Shown: piece after piece, positions 13,833 to 28,274 of the stretch
How positions within the stretch are numbered: the stretch's first letter is position 1
Layout of the letters: each line of letters starts with the position of its first letter
DNA from: Eledone cirrhosa
Lineage: Eukaryota
Length of the DNA: 64,000 nucleotides
Direction of reading: 5' to 3'
Assembly: GCA_964016885.1 (NCBI GenBank)
Contig: OZ024749.1
Span: 52,328,001-52,392,000 of the forward strand
Translations under genes and position numbers: made by a program
Notes under the pieces: model-generated
What the model saw: only the letters and a program-made list of their open reading frames with translations
Told to the model about the DNA's origin: nothing
The model's database searches: none

Positions 13833-14177
13833 ATATATATATATAGGTCACTTCTAATTTGCTTCATTGATAATTTGATTATACAATAGAGTTCTTACCT
13901 TTGAGTCAATAACTAACAGCCTCTCTCTATCGCTGTTGGTTAAAGGAAGGGAAACAAGCCATAGAAAACTTACCAAACAAAATATTGGGATGATTCTTTA
14001 GATGTGTCCAACCTCTTTCGTGTTGGTGCCATGATAAGCAGGGCTCAGTGGGAACATATGTAAGCAAGATGCAGACCTTCAGTTTATCTAAGAAGTCAGT
14101 AGCTTCGCTTGTGTACTGACCTGGTCTGTGATATCCTGTCCAGCCCTTGCTAGTAGGGAAAATGGACATGAAGGGCT

Positions 14178-14257
<80 letters not shown>

Positions 14258-14510
14258 TAAGACGCTTTATTTCATGTTGTTCCAGTTTACTCAGCTGTAG
14301 AAATGAGTTGTGGCATCACTGGTGCCAAGCTGTATTGTGGCCTTTGCCTTTCTCTTGGACAACATCGATGGCTTGGAGTGGGAAGACTAGTATGTATGAG
14401 CAACTGCTGGTCTTGCACAGACAACCTTGCCTGGGCTTGTGCTTCAGAAGGGAACTTTCTAGGTGCAAATCCCATGGTCATTTTTGACCGAAGGGTGTCT
14501 ATACCCTTTA

Positions 14511-14562
<52 letters not shown>

Positions 14563-14849
14563 TCCTGTGGATCACTTCTAAGTTATTTGGTTAATAATTT
14601 GATATGTTATTCCATAGGGTTCTTATCTTTAAAAAATTAGATTTCCAAGTTGTAAGCCCCAGTAAACTAGTAGCATGTAGTCCTGGTATAGTGAATAATC
14701 CACCATTTGTAACTCAATCTGGCTTCCATGATGAAGTGCCAGAAAAAAAATATTTGTTCACACATAGTTATCATATATTTATTTTAGTTAGCATCTTAAC
14801 TCATTAATTAGTAACAGGTGTAATTAAATATACTATATTACTTGTGCAG

Positions 14850-14881
14850 GTTTTGACATCAAGGTAGAGCGAAAGGCAAAG
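14850..14881 (+). CDS. Candidate small internal exon (xFDIKVERKAK)
   Basis: Acceptor CTTGTGCAG, 32-nt open frame, donor AAG|GTGATA; downstream TGCATG (15044) and ACTAAT motifs. No homology recognised. Confidence 0.25.
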
Positions 14882-16169
14882 GTGATATTACAAATATTTA
14901 ATAGTGTAATAGTGAGGTAATTAATAATGAAACTTGCCTCTATCATATATGACACTGTGAATATATATTCGTGTATGACACTAATATAATAATAATGAAA
15001 ATGATTGTGTACAGTACTCAGGTGCATTACAACTCATCAAAGGTGCATGTATATTACATAGAATAATGTATATATATGCTCATGTATGGCACTATAAATA
15101 TATACTTGTGTATAATACTAATATGAATATATATCCATGTATAAGACGTTTCACCCTTTTCCATGAAAATATGTGAAAAAAGAGCTGTGACTTCTCTACT
15201 GGCCCTATAAAACCTTAGTTCAAAATATATGGTACACTATAAATGCAGTGTGTAAAACTGGAGGTGTGACCTATATATATATATATGTCTATATATGTAT
15301 ATATACATGTGTGTATGTTAATTGCGTAAATTATATATTTGAATTTCTAAATTTCGTTGTAATTGAAACATGTATTTTTCATTTTCTTTCTTTAAGGTTT
15401 TGTTGATTTAACTTCTCTTTAAACATTCCTTCGTACAAGAAAGAAAAAAAATCCATAAAAACATAAATAGTTTTTATAGGTTTTGGTTTCTATCATACAC
15501 TGTGAGAGGGTTAAATTCATTGATTTTTATCATGAATCATATATTTTGTTCTCATGAAAATATTCTAATATAAAATTATGTTGGAATGTTTAAATTTAAA
15601 TGTGAAAATTACTAAAACAGAAAGTTGAAAGTTTTTCTATCATAAAAACAGATTCTGTTCCTGGTTGGTTGCTATCAAGAAAGGGTTAACATTCAAGATA
15701 TTTTGTAATAAAAGTTCATGAGAAAATATTTCTATGGTGATAATAGACAACAAACGCTGCCGTTACACAAAGGAGACTATTTTTATTTCAACAGTTTTAT
15801 AGTAGGGAGTATATAATAGATTTGTGGGCTTCTCAATCTTTTCACTACCAAGGACACCTTTTATTTAAATTAATTTTTCCCCATGGACACCCCATCTCCA
15901 CCAGCATAGCTCTGAGTACTCCATTCATCTCCACTCCCCTCTCACAGGTTATATTGTGAGAATAACAATTAAAAAAGGGAAATGTTTATATTTAGAGTAT
16001 AATGGATACTTAATAGCGTGTGTATATTGTGTTTTGAACAAAGTATATGAAATTATGAAGTGAGTTCAGAGACCTCTGGGGTTTTTGGACCCCTTCCATG
16101 GCAATAACTGTAATATGGGGTTTTCAGACCCCTTCCATGGGAATAACGGTAATAGATTTAATATAGAAA

Positions 16170-16903
16170 CTACTTTGTTGTTGTTGTTGTTGTTGATGCC
16201 ACTACCACTACTACTACTAACACCACCACCTCTACTACTACCACCACCACTACTACCACCACTACCACAACTACCACCACCACTACTGCCCCCACCACTA
16301 CCACAACTACTACCACCACCACCACCTCTACTACTATCACCACTACTGCCCCCACAACTACCACCACCGCCACTACTGCCCCCACCACTACCACCTCCAC
16401 AGTAACATAGTTAACCTTGTTCCATCAGCCATCACAGATGGAACAAAAGTGAGAGAAGTTTCTTGAGGGTTTATTTTTACACATGAAAGGTGGGTGGGTG
16501 GGGAAGTAGTGGGTGGGGGAGAGTGAGGGTGTACAGGTGGGTGGGGATGGGGAGATAGTGGGGTGGGGGAGAGTGGGGGTGTACAGGTGGGTGGGGATGG
16601 GGAGGTAGTGTGGTGGGGTGGGAGAGAGTGAGGGTGTACAGATGGGTGAGGATGGGGAGGTAGTGAGGTGGGGGTAAAGCATACAGTGGTGGTTGGAGTG
16701 GGGGCAGGGCAGTAGGTGTGTGTGGGTGGTGAGAGACAGTTGATCATGACTTAGTGTTCAACTCTGAATATAGACAGAAGAAACTGAAAATTGAGGGACA
16801 TTTAATGTTAGTACAAGCATTGTAACCACAGCAACTGTGTGTGTGTGCGTCTGTCTGTGGATCTGTGTATGTGTGTCTGTCGGTGTGTGTGTATTTGTGT
16901 GTG

Positions 16904-16936
<33 letters not shown>

Positions 16937-17252
16937 TTATGTGCCTGTATCTGTAATAGTGTCTATATGTGTTTCTATATATATCTATATGTGTGTGTGT
17001 GTGTTTATGTGCCTGTATCTGTAATAGTGTCTATATGTGTTTCTATATATATCTATATGTGTGTGTGTATGTTTCTATATGTATGTGTGTCTGTGTTTTA
17101 TATCTCTATATATATATGTGTGTGTGTGTGTATGTCTGTTTCTATATGTATATGTGTCTGTGTATGTTTATGTCTATATATATGTGTGTCTGTCTATGTC
17201 CGTATATATATACAAATGTATATATATATGTATATATATATATACACACACA

Positions 17253-17283
<31 letters not shown>

Positions 17284-17300
17284 GTATATATATATATATC
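16170..17300. repeat. (CCA/CTA)n, G-rich and TG/TA low-complexity tracts
   Basis: Direct inspection. Confidence 0.85.
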
Positions 17301-17496
17301 ATCATCATCATTTTACGTCCGCTTTTCCCTGCTTGCAAGGGTGGGACGGGAACTGATTCTGGCTTGATTTCTACAGCTGGATGCCCTTCCTAACACCAAC
17401 CTCATTTACAGTGAGTGCTGGGTCCTTTTTTTGCCGTGGCACCTCCACGACCACTTTGCAGTGGAATGATATGGACCCCAGTCCCTATCATCTCAT

Positions 17497-17625
17497 TTCT
17501 ACAGCTGAGTAAACTGGAGCAATGTGAAATAAAGTGTCTTGTTCAAGGAAACAACACATCACCCGGTCTGAGAATTGAACTCACAACCTTTTGATTGCAA
17601 GGCTCTAACCACTAAGCCATGTGCA
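17497..17625 (-). mobile_element. tRNA-derived CORE-type SINE
   Basis: Same family as 37455; another decayed copy at ~54200-54335. Confidence 0.7.
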
Positions 17626-18064
17626 TCCCTATATATATATATGTATGTATGTATGTATGTATCCTTATATGTTAATCAGTTACCAAACTCCAAAATATCC
17701 ACAACTCTCCAACATTAGGTTGACATTTTATATCTAATTATTGTTGTTGTTTCAACATAGTAATGTTTGTTTCTATAGTTTCTGTCTTGATAGACATAGA
17801 TACATAGTGTGGCCTAGGTGTGGGGCCTGGGTGTGGTCTGGGTGGGGACCTAGGTGTGGTCTGGGTGGAGATGAGTGTGGTCTCAGCTGGCGAATGAGTG
17901 CTTTAGTGGGGAGAGACTAGTGAAGAGAGAGATGAGAGCCGCGAGTGAGTAATGAGTGACTAGTGGTAAATGAGTGGAGTGTGACAAAGGAGTGAGGGGT
18001 ACTTGAGTACTACACTTTGTTAATTTTTATTGATAACAAATTATTTCTCTGCCCCTAATTACAG

Positions 18065-18075
18065 TGGGTAGGCAG
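18065..18075 (+). CDS. Candidate 11-nt micro-exon or alternative acceptor
   Basis: TTTCTCTGCCCCTAATTACAG acceptor, then TGGGTAGGCAG|GTGGGT. Confidence 0.2.
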
Positions 18076-18496
18076 GTGGGTCACGACACAGGACATCTGA
18101 TGTTGACTGGTATATCATCATCATCATTGTTTAACGTCTATTTTCCACACTAGTTTGATGGGTTTGTCCCATTAGAGGCAAGTTGGGTCAGGTGACCGTG
18201 TCTTATACAGGACTATTTCTGGTTAGGTTTCAAAAGTTGGATGCCCTTTCTAACACCAGCCACATTTACAGTGTGGACTGGGTGCTTCTGAAGAGAGCAG
18301 CCAGTGTCACCTTGCTATCTTCATCCTCTAAGCTGGTATTGTGTACTCTTTCTCCTCACATTCACCAGTAGTAGCATATATATATATCATACATAAATTT
18401 GTTAACAATACATATAACATCTCCATGATAAGATTGCTAAAATAAATCTCATTCAGAGAAGTAGATACATATAGAACATCTTATACAAAGTCCTCG

Positions 18497-18537
18497 CTGC
18501 AGATATATTTCAACATATTACAACCTCATCAGTGAAG
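18497..18537 (-). ncRNA. Degenerate minimal hammerhead motif
   Basis: CUUCA-CUGAUGA-GGUUGUAAUAUGUU-GAAA-UAUAU-C-UGCAG. Core intact, AUC triplet, one stem I mismatch, weak stem II. Confidence 0.4.
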
Positions 18538-18717
18538 TATAAACTTCAATTTAGCTGATATGCATTATGTTGCCAAGACAATATCAGCGATGTGTTGTGT
18601 TACTAAGATAATGATGGTGTTAGTGTAATGTAATGTTACATTAAAAATGTCAGCATGTCTGTGGTTGTTGGAATTGTTGACATTGAAACCATCTAACCCA
18701 GATTCCCTTAATTCTTT

Positions 18718-19039
18718 ACATACATACACACATACATACATACACTTACATACATACACTTACATACATACACACACACACATACACTTACATACATACT
18801 TACATACATATATATACTTACATACATACGCACATACATACATACATACATACATGCATACACTTACATACATACACACACACACACATACACTTACATA
18901 CATACATACATACATATATATACTTACATACATACGCACATACATACATAGATACATACATATATACTTACATACATACATACATACACATATACTTACA
19001 TGCATACATACATACATAGATACATACATACATATATAC

Positions 19040-19070
<31 letters not shown>

Positions 19071-19300
19071 CTTACATACTTACATACTTACATACATACA
19101 TACATATACATACACACATACATACATATATACATACACACATACATACATATATACATACATACATACATACACACATACACACATACATACACACATA
19201 CACACATACATACATACATACACACATACACACATACATACATATATACTTACATACATACATATACCCCCCCCCCCCACATATATATACATACACATAT
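18718..19300. repeat. (TACA)n degenerate microsatellite
   Basis: Direct inspection. Confidence 0.9.
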
Positions 19301-19381
19301 CAGGAGTGTGATGATAGAATGGGGAAGGACTGCCTATATTTCAACTGTATTTTGTCATAACTGGTGCTGCCTTAATAATTT

Positions 19382-19479
<98 letters not shown>

Positions 19480-19685
19480 GCAGAAGTTATATTTAATTTG
19501 TTGGAATTCCAACAAGCTTAAAAGTTTATAACTGATATAAAGCACTCAACAAAAACTGGAGTAAATATTCAATATATTAATAAATGGAAACTATATTTAT
19601 AAAACCATAATTATTTTATTATATATATTTCAATAATAAAATAATTATGGTTTTATAAATATAGTTTCCATTTATTAATATATTG
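19480..19685. mobile_element. H1-family element with perfect 53-bp fold-back
   Basis: Arms 19570-19622 and 19633-19685 with a 10-nt loop; between simple-repeat tracts. Confidence 0.6.
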
Positions 19686-19689
19686 TATA

Positions 19690-19765
<76 letters not shown>

Positions 19766-20136
19766 AATAATAATAAATTTGAAGACTAAAATCCAAAGAG
19801 GGCTCGATAAGGATAAATATATATCAAATTTCAGAAGATCCCGTTAAGGGTGAAAGCAGCAATTCTTTGCTTAAACTTTAATCTGTTATTTTAATCAGAT
19901 TTTATTCTCATCAGACAGCTTCATTACATAATAGGGTTATGTTCTCGAAGCAATCCACATTAAAGAGACAAGGGGACGGACAAGGGATTATGCTCTTGAA
20001 GCCTTCGCTCGTTCCCTTCATATATATGTGATGATAAAATGGAGGCAACGGCTGACCATCTGTTATATCTGGTGCTGCTGATGGTGATAAAATGGAGACA
20101 TCTGTTGTACCTGGTGCTGCTGTTGATGGCTTTTAT

Positions 20137-21329
20137 AATACTGTAGTACTGTATAGTACTACAGTAGTACCGTATGTAATACTGTAGTACTGCAGTAGTA
20201 CTGTATGTAATACTGTAGTACTGTATGTAATACTGTAGTACTATATGTAATACTGTAGTACTATATGTAATACTGTAGTACTGTATGTAATACTGTAGTA
20301 CTATATGTAATACTGTAGTACTGTATGTAATACTGTAGTACTGTATGTAATACTATAGTACTATATGTAATACTATAGTACTGTATGTAATACTGTAGTA
20401 CTGTATGTAATACTATAGTACTATATGTAATACTATAGTACTGTATGTAATACTGTAGTACTGTATGTAATACTATAGTACTATATGTAATACTATAGTA
20501 CTGTATGTAATACTGTAGTACTGTATGTAATACTATAGTACTATATGTAATACTGTAGTACTGTATGTAATACTGTAGTACTGAATGTAATACTATAGTA
20601 CTATATGTAATACTATAGTACTATATGTAATACTATAGTACTATATGTAATACTGTATGTAATACTGTAGTACTATATGTAATACTATAGTACTGTATGT
20701 AATACTGTAGTACTATATGTAATACTATAGTACTATATGTAATACTGTAGTACTGAATGTAATACTATAGTACTATATGTAATACTATAGTACTATATGT
20801 AATACTATAGTACTATATGTAATACTATAGTACTGTATGTAATACTGTAGTACTGTATGTAATACTATAGTACTATATGTAATACTGTAGTACTGTATGT
20901 AATACTGTAGTACTATATGTAATACTATAGTACTATATGTAATACTGTAGTACTGTATGTAATACTATAGTACTATATGTAATACTGTAGTACTATATGT
21001 AATACTGTAGTACTGTATGTAATACTATAGCACAGTATGTAATACTGTAATACTATAGTACTATATGTAATACTATAGTACTGTATGTAATACTATAATA
21101 CTGTAGTACTGTATGTAATACTATAGTACTATATGTAATACTGTAGTACTATATGTAATACTATAGTACTATATGTAATACTATAGTACTATATGTAATA
21201 CTGTAGTACTATATGTAATACTGTAGTACTGTATGTAATACTATAGTACTGTATGTAATACTGTAATACTGTATGTAATACTATAGTACTATATGTAATA
21301 CTATAGTACTGTATGTAATACTGTAGTAC
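20137..21329. repeat. 20-bp minisatellite
   Basis: Unit TACTRTAGTACTRTATGTAA. Confidence 0.95.
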
Positions 21330-21504
21330 GTTGTCATTGAAATGTCATATGAAAGGTTTACTAATTTCACTCTGACATGACAGAAAATAGTCCAACATTT
21401 TAGTAAAGTTTAAATATTTATTAGAAAAACTGCTGAAAATGTCTACAGTTCTGAATAAAGTTTATTGGTTGCTATAGAAACATTGGAAATACCAACCAAG
21501 ATTG

Positions 21505-23670
21505 TTGTTGCTGCATATGAAACTGTTGCTGTCTAAAGTTGCTGCATATGAGACTGTTGCTGTCTCAAGTTGCTGCATATGAGACTGTTGCTGTCTCAAG
21601 TTGCTGCTGAATATGAGACTGTTGCTGTCTCAAGTTGCTGCATATGAGACTGTTGCTGTTTCAAGTTGCTGCATATGAGACTGTTGCTGTCTCAAGTTGC
21701 TGCATATGAAACTGTTGCTGTTTCAAGTTGCTGCATATGAAACTGTTGCTGTTTCAAGTTGCTGCATATGAGACTGTTGCTGTCTCAAGTTGCTGCATAT
21801 GAGACTGTTGCTGTCTCAAGTTGCTGCATATGAGACTGTTGCTGTCTCAAGTTGCTGCATATGAGACTGTTGCTGTCTCAAGTTGCTGCATATGAGACTG
21901 TTGCTGTCTCAAGTTGCTGCATATGAGACTGTTGCTGTCTCAAGTTGCTGCATATGAGACTGTTGCTGTCTCAAGTTGCTGCATATGAGACTGTTGCTGT
22001 TTCAAGTTGCTGCATATGAGACTGTTGCTGTTTCTAGTTGCTGCATATGAGACTGTTGCTGTTTCTAGTTGCTGCATATGAGACTGTTGCTGTCTCAAGT
22101 TGCTGCATATGAGACTGTTGCTGTTTCAAGTTGCTGCATATGAGACTGTTGCTGTTTCTAGTTGCTGCATATGAGACTGTTGCTGTCTCAAGTTGCTGTA
22201 TATGAGACTGTTGCTGTCTCAAGTTGCTGCATATGAAACTGTTGCTGTTTCAAGTTGCTGCATATGAGACTGTTGCTGTCTCAAGTTGCTGCATATGAGA
22301 CTGTTGCTGTCTCAAGTTGCTGCATATGAGACTGTTGCTGTCTCAAGTTGCTGCATATGAGACTGTTGCTGTCTCAAGTTGCTGCATATGAGACTGTTGC
22401 TGTCTCAAGTTGCTGCATATGAGACTGTTGCTGTCTCAAGTTGCTGCATATGAGACTGTTGCTGTCTCAAGTTGCTGCATATGAGACTGTTTATGTCTCA
22501 AGTTGCTGCATATGAGACTGTTGCTGTCTCAAGTTGCTGCATATGAGACTGTTGCTGTCTCAAGTTGCTGCATATGATACTGTTGCTGTCTCAAGTTGCT
22601 GCATATGAGACTGTTTATGTCTCAAGTTGCTGCATATGAGACTGTTGCTGTCTCAAGTTGCTGCATATGAGACTGTTGCTGCATATGAGACTGTTGCTGT
22701 TTCTAGTTGCTGCATATGAGACTGTTGCTGTCTCAAGTTGCTGCATATGAGACTGTTGCTGTCTCAAGTTGCTGCATATGAGACTGTTGCTGTCTCAAGT
22801 TGCTGCATATGAGACTGTTTATGTCTCAAGTTGCTGCATATGAGACTGTTGCTGTCTCAAGTTGCTGCATATGAGACTGTTGCTGTCTCAAGTTGCTGCA
22901 TATGAAACTGTTGCTGTCTCAAGTTGCTGCATATGAGACTGTTGCTGTCTCAAATTGCTGCATATGAGACTGTTGCTGTCTCAAGTTGCTGCATATGAGA
23001 CTGTTGCTGCATATGAGACTGTTGCTGTCTCAAGTTGCTGCATATGATACTGTTGCTGTCTCAAGTTGCTGCATATGAGACTGTTGCTGTCTCAAGTTGC
23101 TGCATATGAGACTGTTTATGTCTCAAGTTGCTGCATATGAGACTGTTGCTGTCTCAAGTTGCTGCATATGAGACTGTTGCTGTCTCAAGTTGCTGCATAT
23201 GAAACTGTTGCTGTCTCAAGTTGCTGCATATGAGACTGTTGCTGTCTCAAATTGCTGCATATGAGACTGTTGCTGTCTCAAGTTGCTGCATATGAGACTG
23301 TTGCTGTCTCAAGTTGCTGCATATGAGACTGTTGCTGTCTCAAGTTGCTGCATATGAGACTGTTGCTGTCTCAAGTTGCTGCATATGAGACTGTTGCTGT
23401 CTCAAGTTGCTGCATATGAGACTGTTGCTGTCTCAAGTTGCTGCATATGAGACTGTTGCTGTCTCAAGTTGCTGCATATGAGACTGTTGCTGTCTCAAGT
23501 TGCTGCATATGAGACTGTTGCTGTCTCAAGTTGCTGCATATGAGACTGTTGCTGTCTCAAGTTGCTGCATATGAGACTGTTGCTGTCTCAAGTTGCTGCA
23601 TATGAGACTGTTGCTGTCTCAAGTTGCTGCATATGAGACTGTTGCTGTCTCAAGTTGCTGCATATGAGAC
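21505..23670. repeat. 31-bp minisatellite, ~70 copies
   Basis: Unit GAGACTGTTGCTGTCTCAAGTTGCTGCATAT; period checked at 23401/23432. Confidence 0.95.
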
Positions 23671-23858
23671 AAAGGTTGTTACATAAAATTATCATAGAAT
23701 GTCTTTAGATTATTATAGACACTTTAAAAGTGAAGTTTTGTATCATAAAGCCAGGAGCTGTTTCAGCTAGTTAGGGGTTAGGGTTAGAACCAGGGACTAT
23801 TTTAGATAGTTTGGGTTAGGGTTAGAACTAGGGGCTGTTTCAGGTGGTTTAGTTTTAA

Positions 23859-24046
23859 CCCTTTCCCATTTACATTACTCTATATATACTATTGTATTTT
23901 CACGGTAAAGGCTTTACCTCTATGAGATTTCGATATTATTTTGAGAACAATACCTTAACATCAGTATGAACACCCAGTTATGGCTGGTTTGAACAGAAAG
24001 AGGTGAGAGAATTCTGGCCAAATTGACCAGTTTAAATGCTAAAGAG
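23859..24046. mobile_element. piggyBac-type MITE
   Basis: TTAA|CCCTTTCCCATTTA ... TAAATGCTAAAGAG|TTAA. Confidence 0.8.
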
Positions 24047-24905
24047 TTAAAAAGGGTTTTTTGATGTTCTTGTCTGAAACCCGAAATGTGTGGGGGTTTT
24101 TTTTTTGTATTTTTTTCTTCATCTTTGCATATTTCTAATATTTTTTTTTTTTTTTTTTTTCTTGATTACAGGTGAATAGTGTGAAGTGTTTCTCCTACTT
24201 TTGATTACCTAGCAACTGAAAAACTGGCTGAGAATTTACACTGACACACTAACACATTGTTGGTGTGTGTGTTTGCAAGCATTACTACGGCTGTTAATCA
24301 GTGTTTGGAAAACATTCATTCTTGCTGACTAGTTGGGTTCCTGATTGTCAGATTGGTTCTACCACCACCACCAACCACCACCACCACTGCTACTACTACT
24401 ACTACTACTACCACTACTATCAGTTGCTGCTGCTGTTGTCACTGCTGCTGCTGCTGTTAGATCATCACCATTTAATCAAAATATCAGACCCCCCGTCAGT
24501 TCTATAACTCCCAGCTTGCAGCTGCTACCATCCAGCTCTGTTTCCATCAACCAATTTTACCAAATAGTAAACCCCCCCCCCCAAAAAATCTTGTGACCTC
24601 GCGACCTCTTCACCCCTGACATAATAATATAACACACTACTTGGTCATCTCCTGAAATAACATCTGCCAATAATAATAATTAATATTAATAACAATACTT
24701 TCAGAGAGAGAGAGAGAGAAAGAGAGAGGGTTATTACAGACATTTGCAGCAGTTCCTGTTTGAATCGTTGTTGTTGTTGTTATTGTAGAGGTTCTGTCCA
24801 CAGTGACACTAAAACTATTCATATACACCTTTATTCTGTTCAGAGTTGCATGAACTTATAAAAAAAAAAATGAGTCTTTAGAAAAAATAAGACAAAAAAA
24901 AAAAA

Positions 24906-24944
<39 letters not shown>

Positions 24945-24958
24945 AAAGTCAAGCATTA

Positions 24959-25003
<45 letters not shown>

Positions 25004-26414
25004 TCAAGCATTAATATATATATAAATATATATATATAATATCAGTAAAAAGTAAAGTATTAATATATATATATATATATATATATAAAGTCAAGCATTA
25101 ATAAATATATATATATATGTTTGTGTGTGTATATATATATATATATACACATGCAGGCATATATATATGTCTGTGAATGTGTGTGTATATATATATACAC
25201 ACATGTGAGAGCTGAATCAATATATGTTCTTGTTTAGGTGCTTTCAGGAAGAAAAAAAAAGCAAAAATCAACCCCACCTGCTTATTTTTATTTTAAACAT
25301 TTTTTTTCTTAAATTTAAATTTATTTTATATTTAACTTTACTTTTCTAAAACTACCTATCCTTAACCTTAACCCTGCCCCTGACCCTAACCCTAGCCCTA
25401 GCCCTAACATATACTCTGCTTTTTTCAAAATGTTGAGGAATCTATGATATTTAGATATATTTTCTGAAAAGAAAAAAACAAATTCACTTCAAATGACTGA
25501 GCTCTAGTTGTCATTTTTCTGGTCAAAGACATGGAGGAAATCATGAAGTATTTCTTCACTTATAACAGTCTTTGATATATCTTGCTGTTTCATCAAGTTG
25601 TTTGATGTTTTTTGTCTTTTTCTTTCAACAACCAAATTTTCCATTCAACATCCAAAATTTCTTAGCAGCCTCATGATTTTATGATTACCAAAAAAAAGAA
25701 AGTTGATCCACTGTTTTTTTAAAATTTTTTTTTTACTATAATCCATACTGGCTCCCCTCTCCCTGCTAAAAAAAAAATATAAAAAAAAATAAAAGCCAGT
25801 CAAGGAATATATATATATATATATATCTTTAACTTCTTAATAATAGTATTTTTATAATAAATATGTTTGAAATTTATATTTGAAGATTGATTTTTAAAAA
25901 GTATGAGTTTTAGGAATTCTTCAGAAACTACTTGTTTAGTTTGGTCATTTTGTAAATTTTTTTATTTAAAAACACTACAGTAGTAGTAGTAGTAATAGTA
26001 GTAGTAATAATAATAATAATACTAATAATAATAAATAGCTTCACGTGTAAAAAAAAAATTGTTTTAGAAATTTTGAAGCTAAACATAATAAAACTGGACA
26101 ACCAATAAAGTAGTGATGATGTGAAAAGCTTTGCTTGTGTAATGAACCTAGTTATTTCAATGGTATTTACTGAAAATACATAGTGAAATGTGCCTAGAGA
26201 CAGAGGAATGTTCAAATGAAGCCAGACATAATCACCCATCATCCAGCAAAGATTTTAAAGTGGCTGAATACACCACAACAGCTCAGCACAATGTTGGGCT
26301 CATGTCTTCTTCTGTTTCCTCGTGAACTCTTGTTTTTTTTTTTCCAATCTTCTCCTGCCATTTAGAATTTTATAAGACAGTGCAGTATATGGTCATTTCA
26401 TTTAAACAAACATT

Positions 26415-27400
26415 TTAATACCACCTCACAACATTTTAAAACAGCCTCACAGCATCACAACATTTTAACACAGCCTCACAACATTTTAATGTAACATTTT
26501 AACAAACATCACAACATTTTAATGCAAACTCACAACATTTTAAAACAAACTCACACCATTTTAACGCAACCTCACAACATTCTAACGCAACTTCACAACA
26601 AATCTCTGCTGATTTTTCTTTCTTTCTTCTTGTAAATCCCATTTGCATAAACTGCGCTGTTACTTAAACATGTAATTAAGCTCTTACAGAATGTTTTTGC
26701 ACTAACTTCCTAAATATATATATATAAAAAAAAAGACTGAAGATAAAAACAAATAATAATAGTAATAGATGAGCTGAGGTTTTATGATGAGAATTTGAAC
26801 TCATGTGCTTCTTATTAGAAACATCTGCTACTGTTCCTTTCTGCAGTGGTTCAATATTATTATTATTATTTTTTTTTTAAAGCCATATTATTTTGGCTTT
26901 GTTACACTAAAGTGTGTCTATGTACACATTGTTATACTAAAGTGTGTCTATGTACACATTGTTACACTAAAGTGTGTCTATGTACATCTTGTTACACTAA
27001 TGTGTAGCCAGTGTACACTTCATTACACCTTGTTACACTGTGTGGCCAGTGTACAACTCTAATTGTTACTTTAACCTTCAGCACGCTAGAAATCTTTATG
27101 AATTGTTTCCCTTGACATTGCATTATGTATTAAAGGGCGATTACTCTATCGGCGACTTAATGCACCTGGAGCCTCCAGAAGGTTAATGTGGTCAGGTACA
27201 CCTCAATGGTCACACTGTGTGTGGCCATGTGTGACCATGTACACACCTCAATGGTCACAATGTGTGGCCATGTGTGACCTTGTACACACCTCAATGGTCA
27301 CATGGGTGACCTTGTACACACCTCAATGGTCACACGGTGTGGCCATGTGTGACCTTGTACACACCTCAATGGTCACACTGTGTGACCATGTATACCTCAA
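26415..27400. repeat. Three short degenerate tandem arrays
   Basis: CACAACATTTTAA-type (26415-26600), 30-bp GTTACACTAAAGTGTGTCTATGTACACATT (26900-27040) and CACCTCAATGGTCACA-type (27196-27400). Confidence 0.8.
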
Positions 27401-27856
27401 GTTCTGACATGAAAATTTAATGCTTTCATCTTTGATCTGCAATACTGAAGCATTTGTCACACAAAACCCATCTCAATGTCTTTCATATAGTTCTGTGGGT
27501 CTAAATAGTCCAACTTGTGCTCTCCCCCCTCACCCCACATCAACCCCTGGCTTTAGATGTGTAGTGATGACATCTAGAACTCTATATAGCATTGTTATTA
27601 TTAATAGTCCTCTACATGTGACAATAAATATAATATTTTCTGTTTATATATATATATATATATATATAGGTGATGATATATATATATATATATATATATA
27701 TATCATTTTATTATGGCTAATTGTGAGTCTTTTTACTCTGGAGTTTTTTCTGTTTATCATGGAGGTATATATATAATATAATATAATGTGGAAGAAAACA
27801 TTATTATTAATGTCATTCAAACATTTCTTGGTCTTTTTTGTATGTACAACTTTTAG

Positions 27857-27890
<34 letters not shown>

Positions 27891-28076
27891 TTATATAGTT
27901 ATATAATATTTAAATAAAGTTCTAGAGTCAACAAGAGATTACTTCAACCTAGTTGAAATATAGGGCAAACGTCTAATGCTATATATGTATAATACTTGAT
28001 GCTGAACATCCTTTTAATGCTCACTTTAGTCAACATCAAAGTCTAACACTGTTTATGTATAAAACTTGATATTTAA

Positions 28077-28274
28077 CCCTTTAGCATTTACATTACTCTA
28101 TATTTACTATTGTATTTTCGCAGTAAAGGCTTTACCTCACATAATATCGAATCTATTAGATTTTGATGTTATTTATTTTGAGAATAATACCTTAACGTCA
28201 GTATGAGTGGCCGGTTATGGCCGATTTGAACAGAAAGAGGTGAGAGAATTCTGGCCGGTTTAAATGCTAAAGGG
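28077..28274. mobile_element. piggyBac-type MITE (best-preserved copy)
   Basis: TTAA|CCCTTTAGCATTTA ... TAAATGCTAAAGGG|TTAA: perfect 14-bp TIRs, TTAA target duplication, no ORF. Confidence 0.85.

Noticed and set aside
14850-18100. KAK-WVGRW resemblance to the troponin T C-terminus
   Set aside because: Too short and dependent on unverified splicing; no gene name assigned.
19825-19920. CUGAUGA...GAAA on the minus strand as a hammerhead
   Set aside because: Could not form stems I and III around an NUH triplet.
5070-23670. 29-, 31- and 52-bp arrays as CRISPR-like loci
   Set aside because: Head-to-tail units with no unique spacers, no cas genes, and eukaryotic context.
25360-25410. Degenerate CCCTAA repeats (also TTAGGG at ~23770-23825)
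   Set aside because: Only a few imperfect units; not evidence of a telomere or fusion site.
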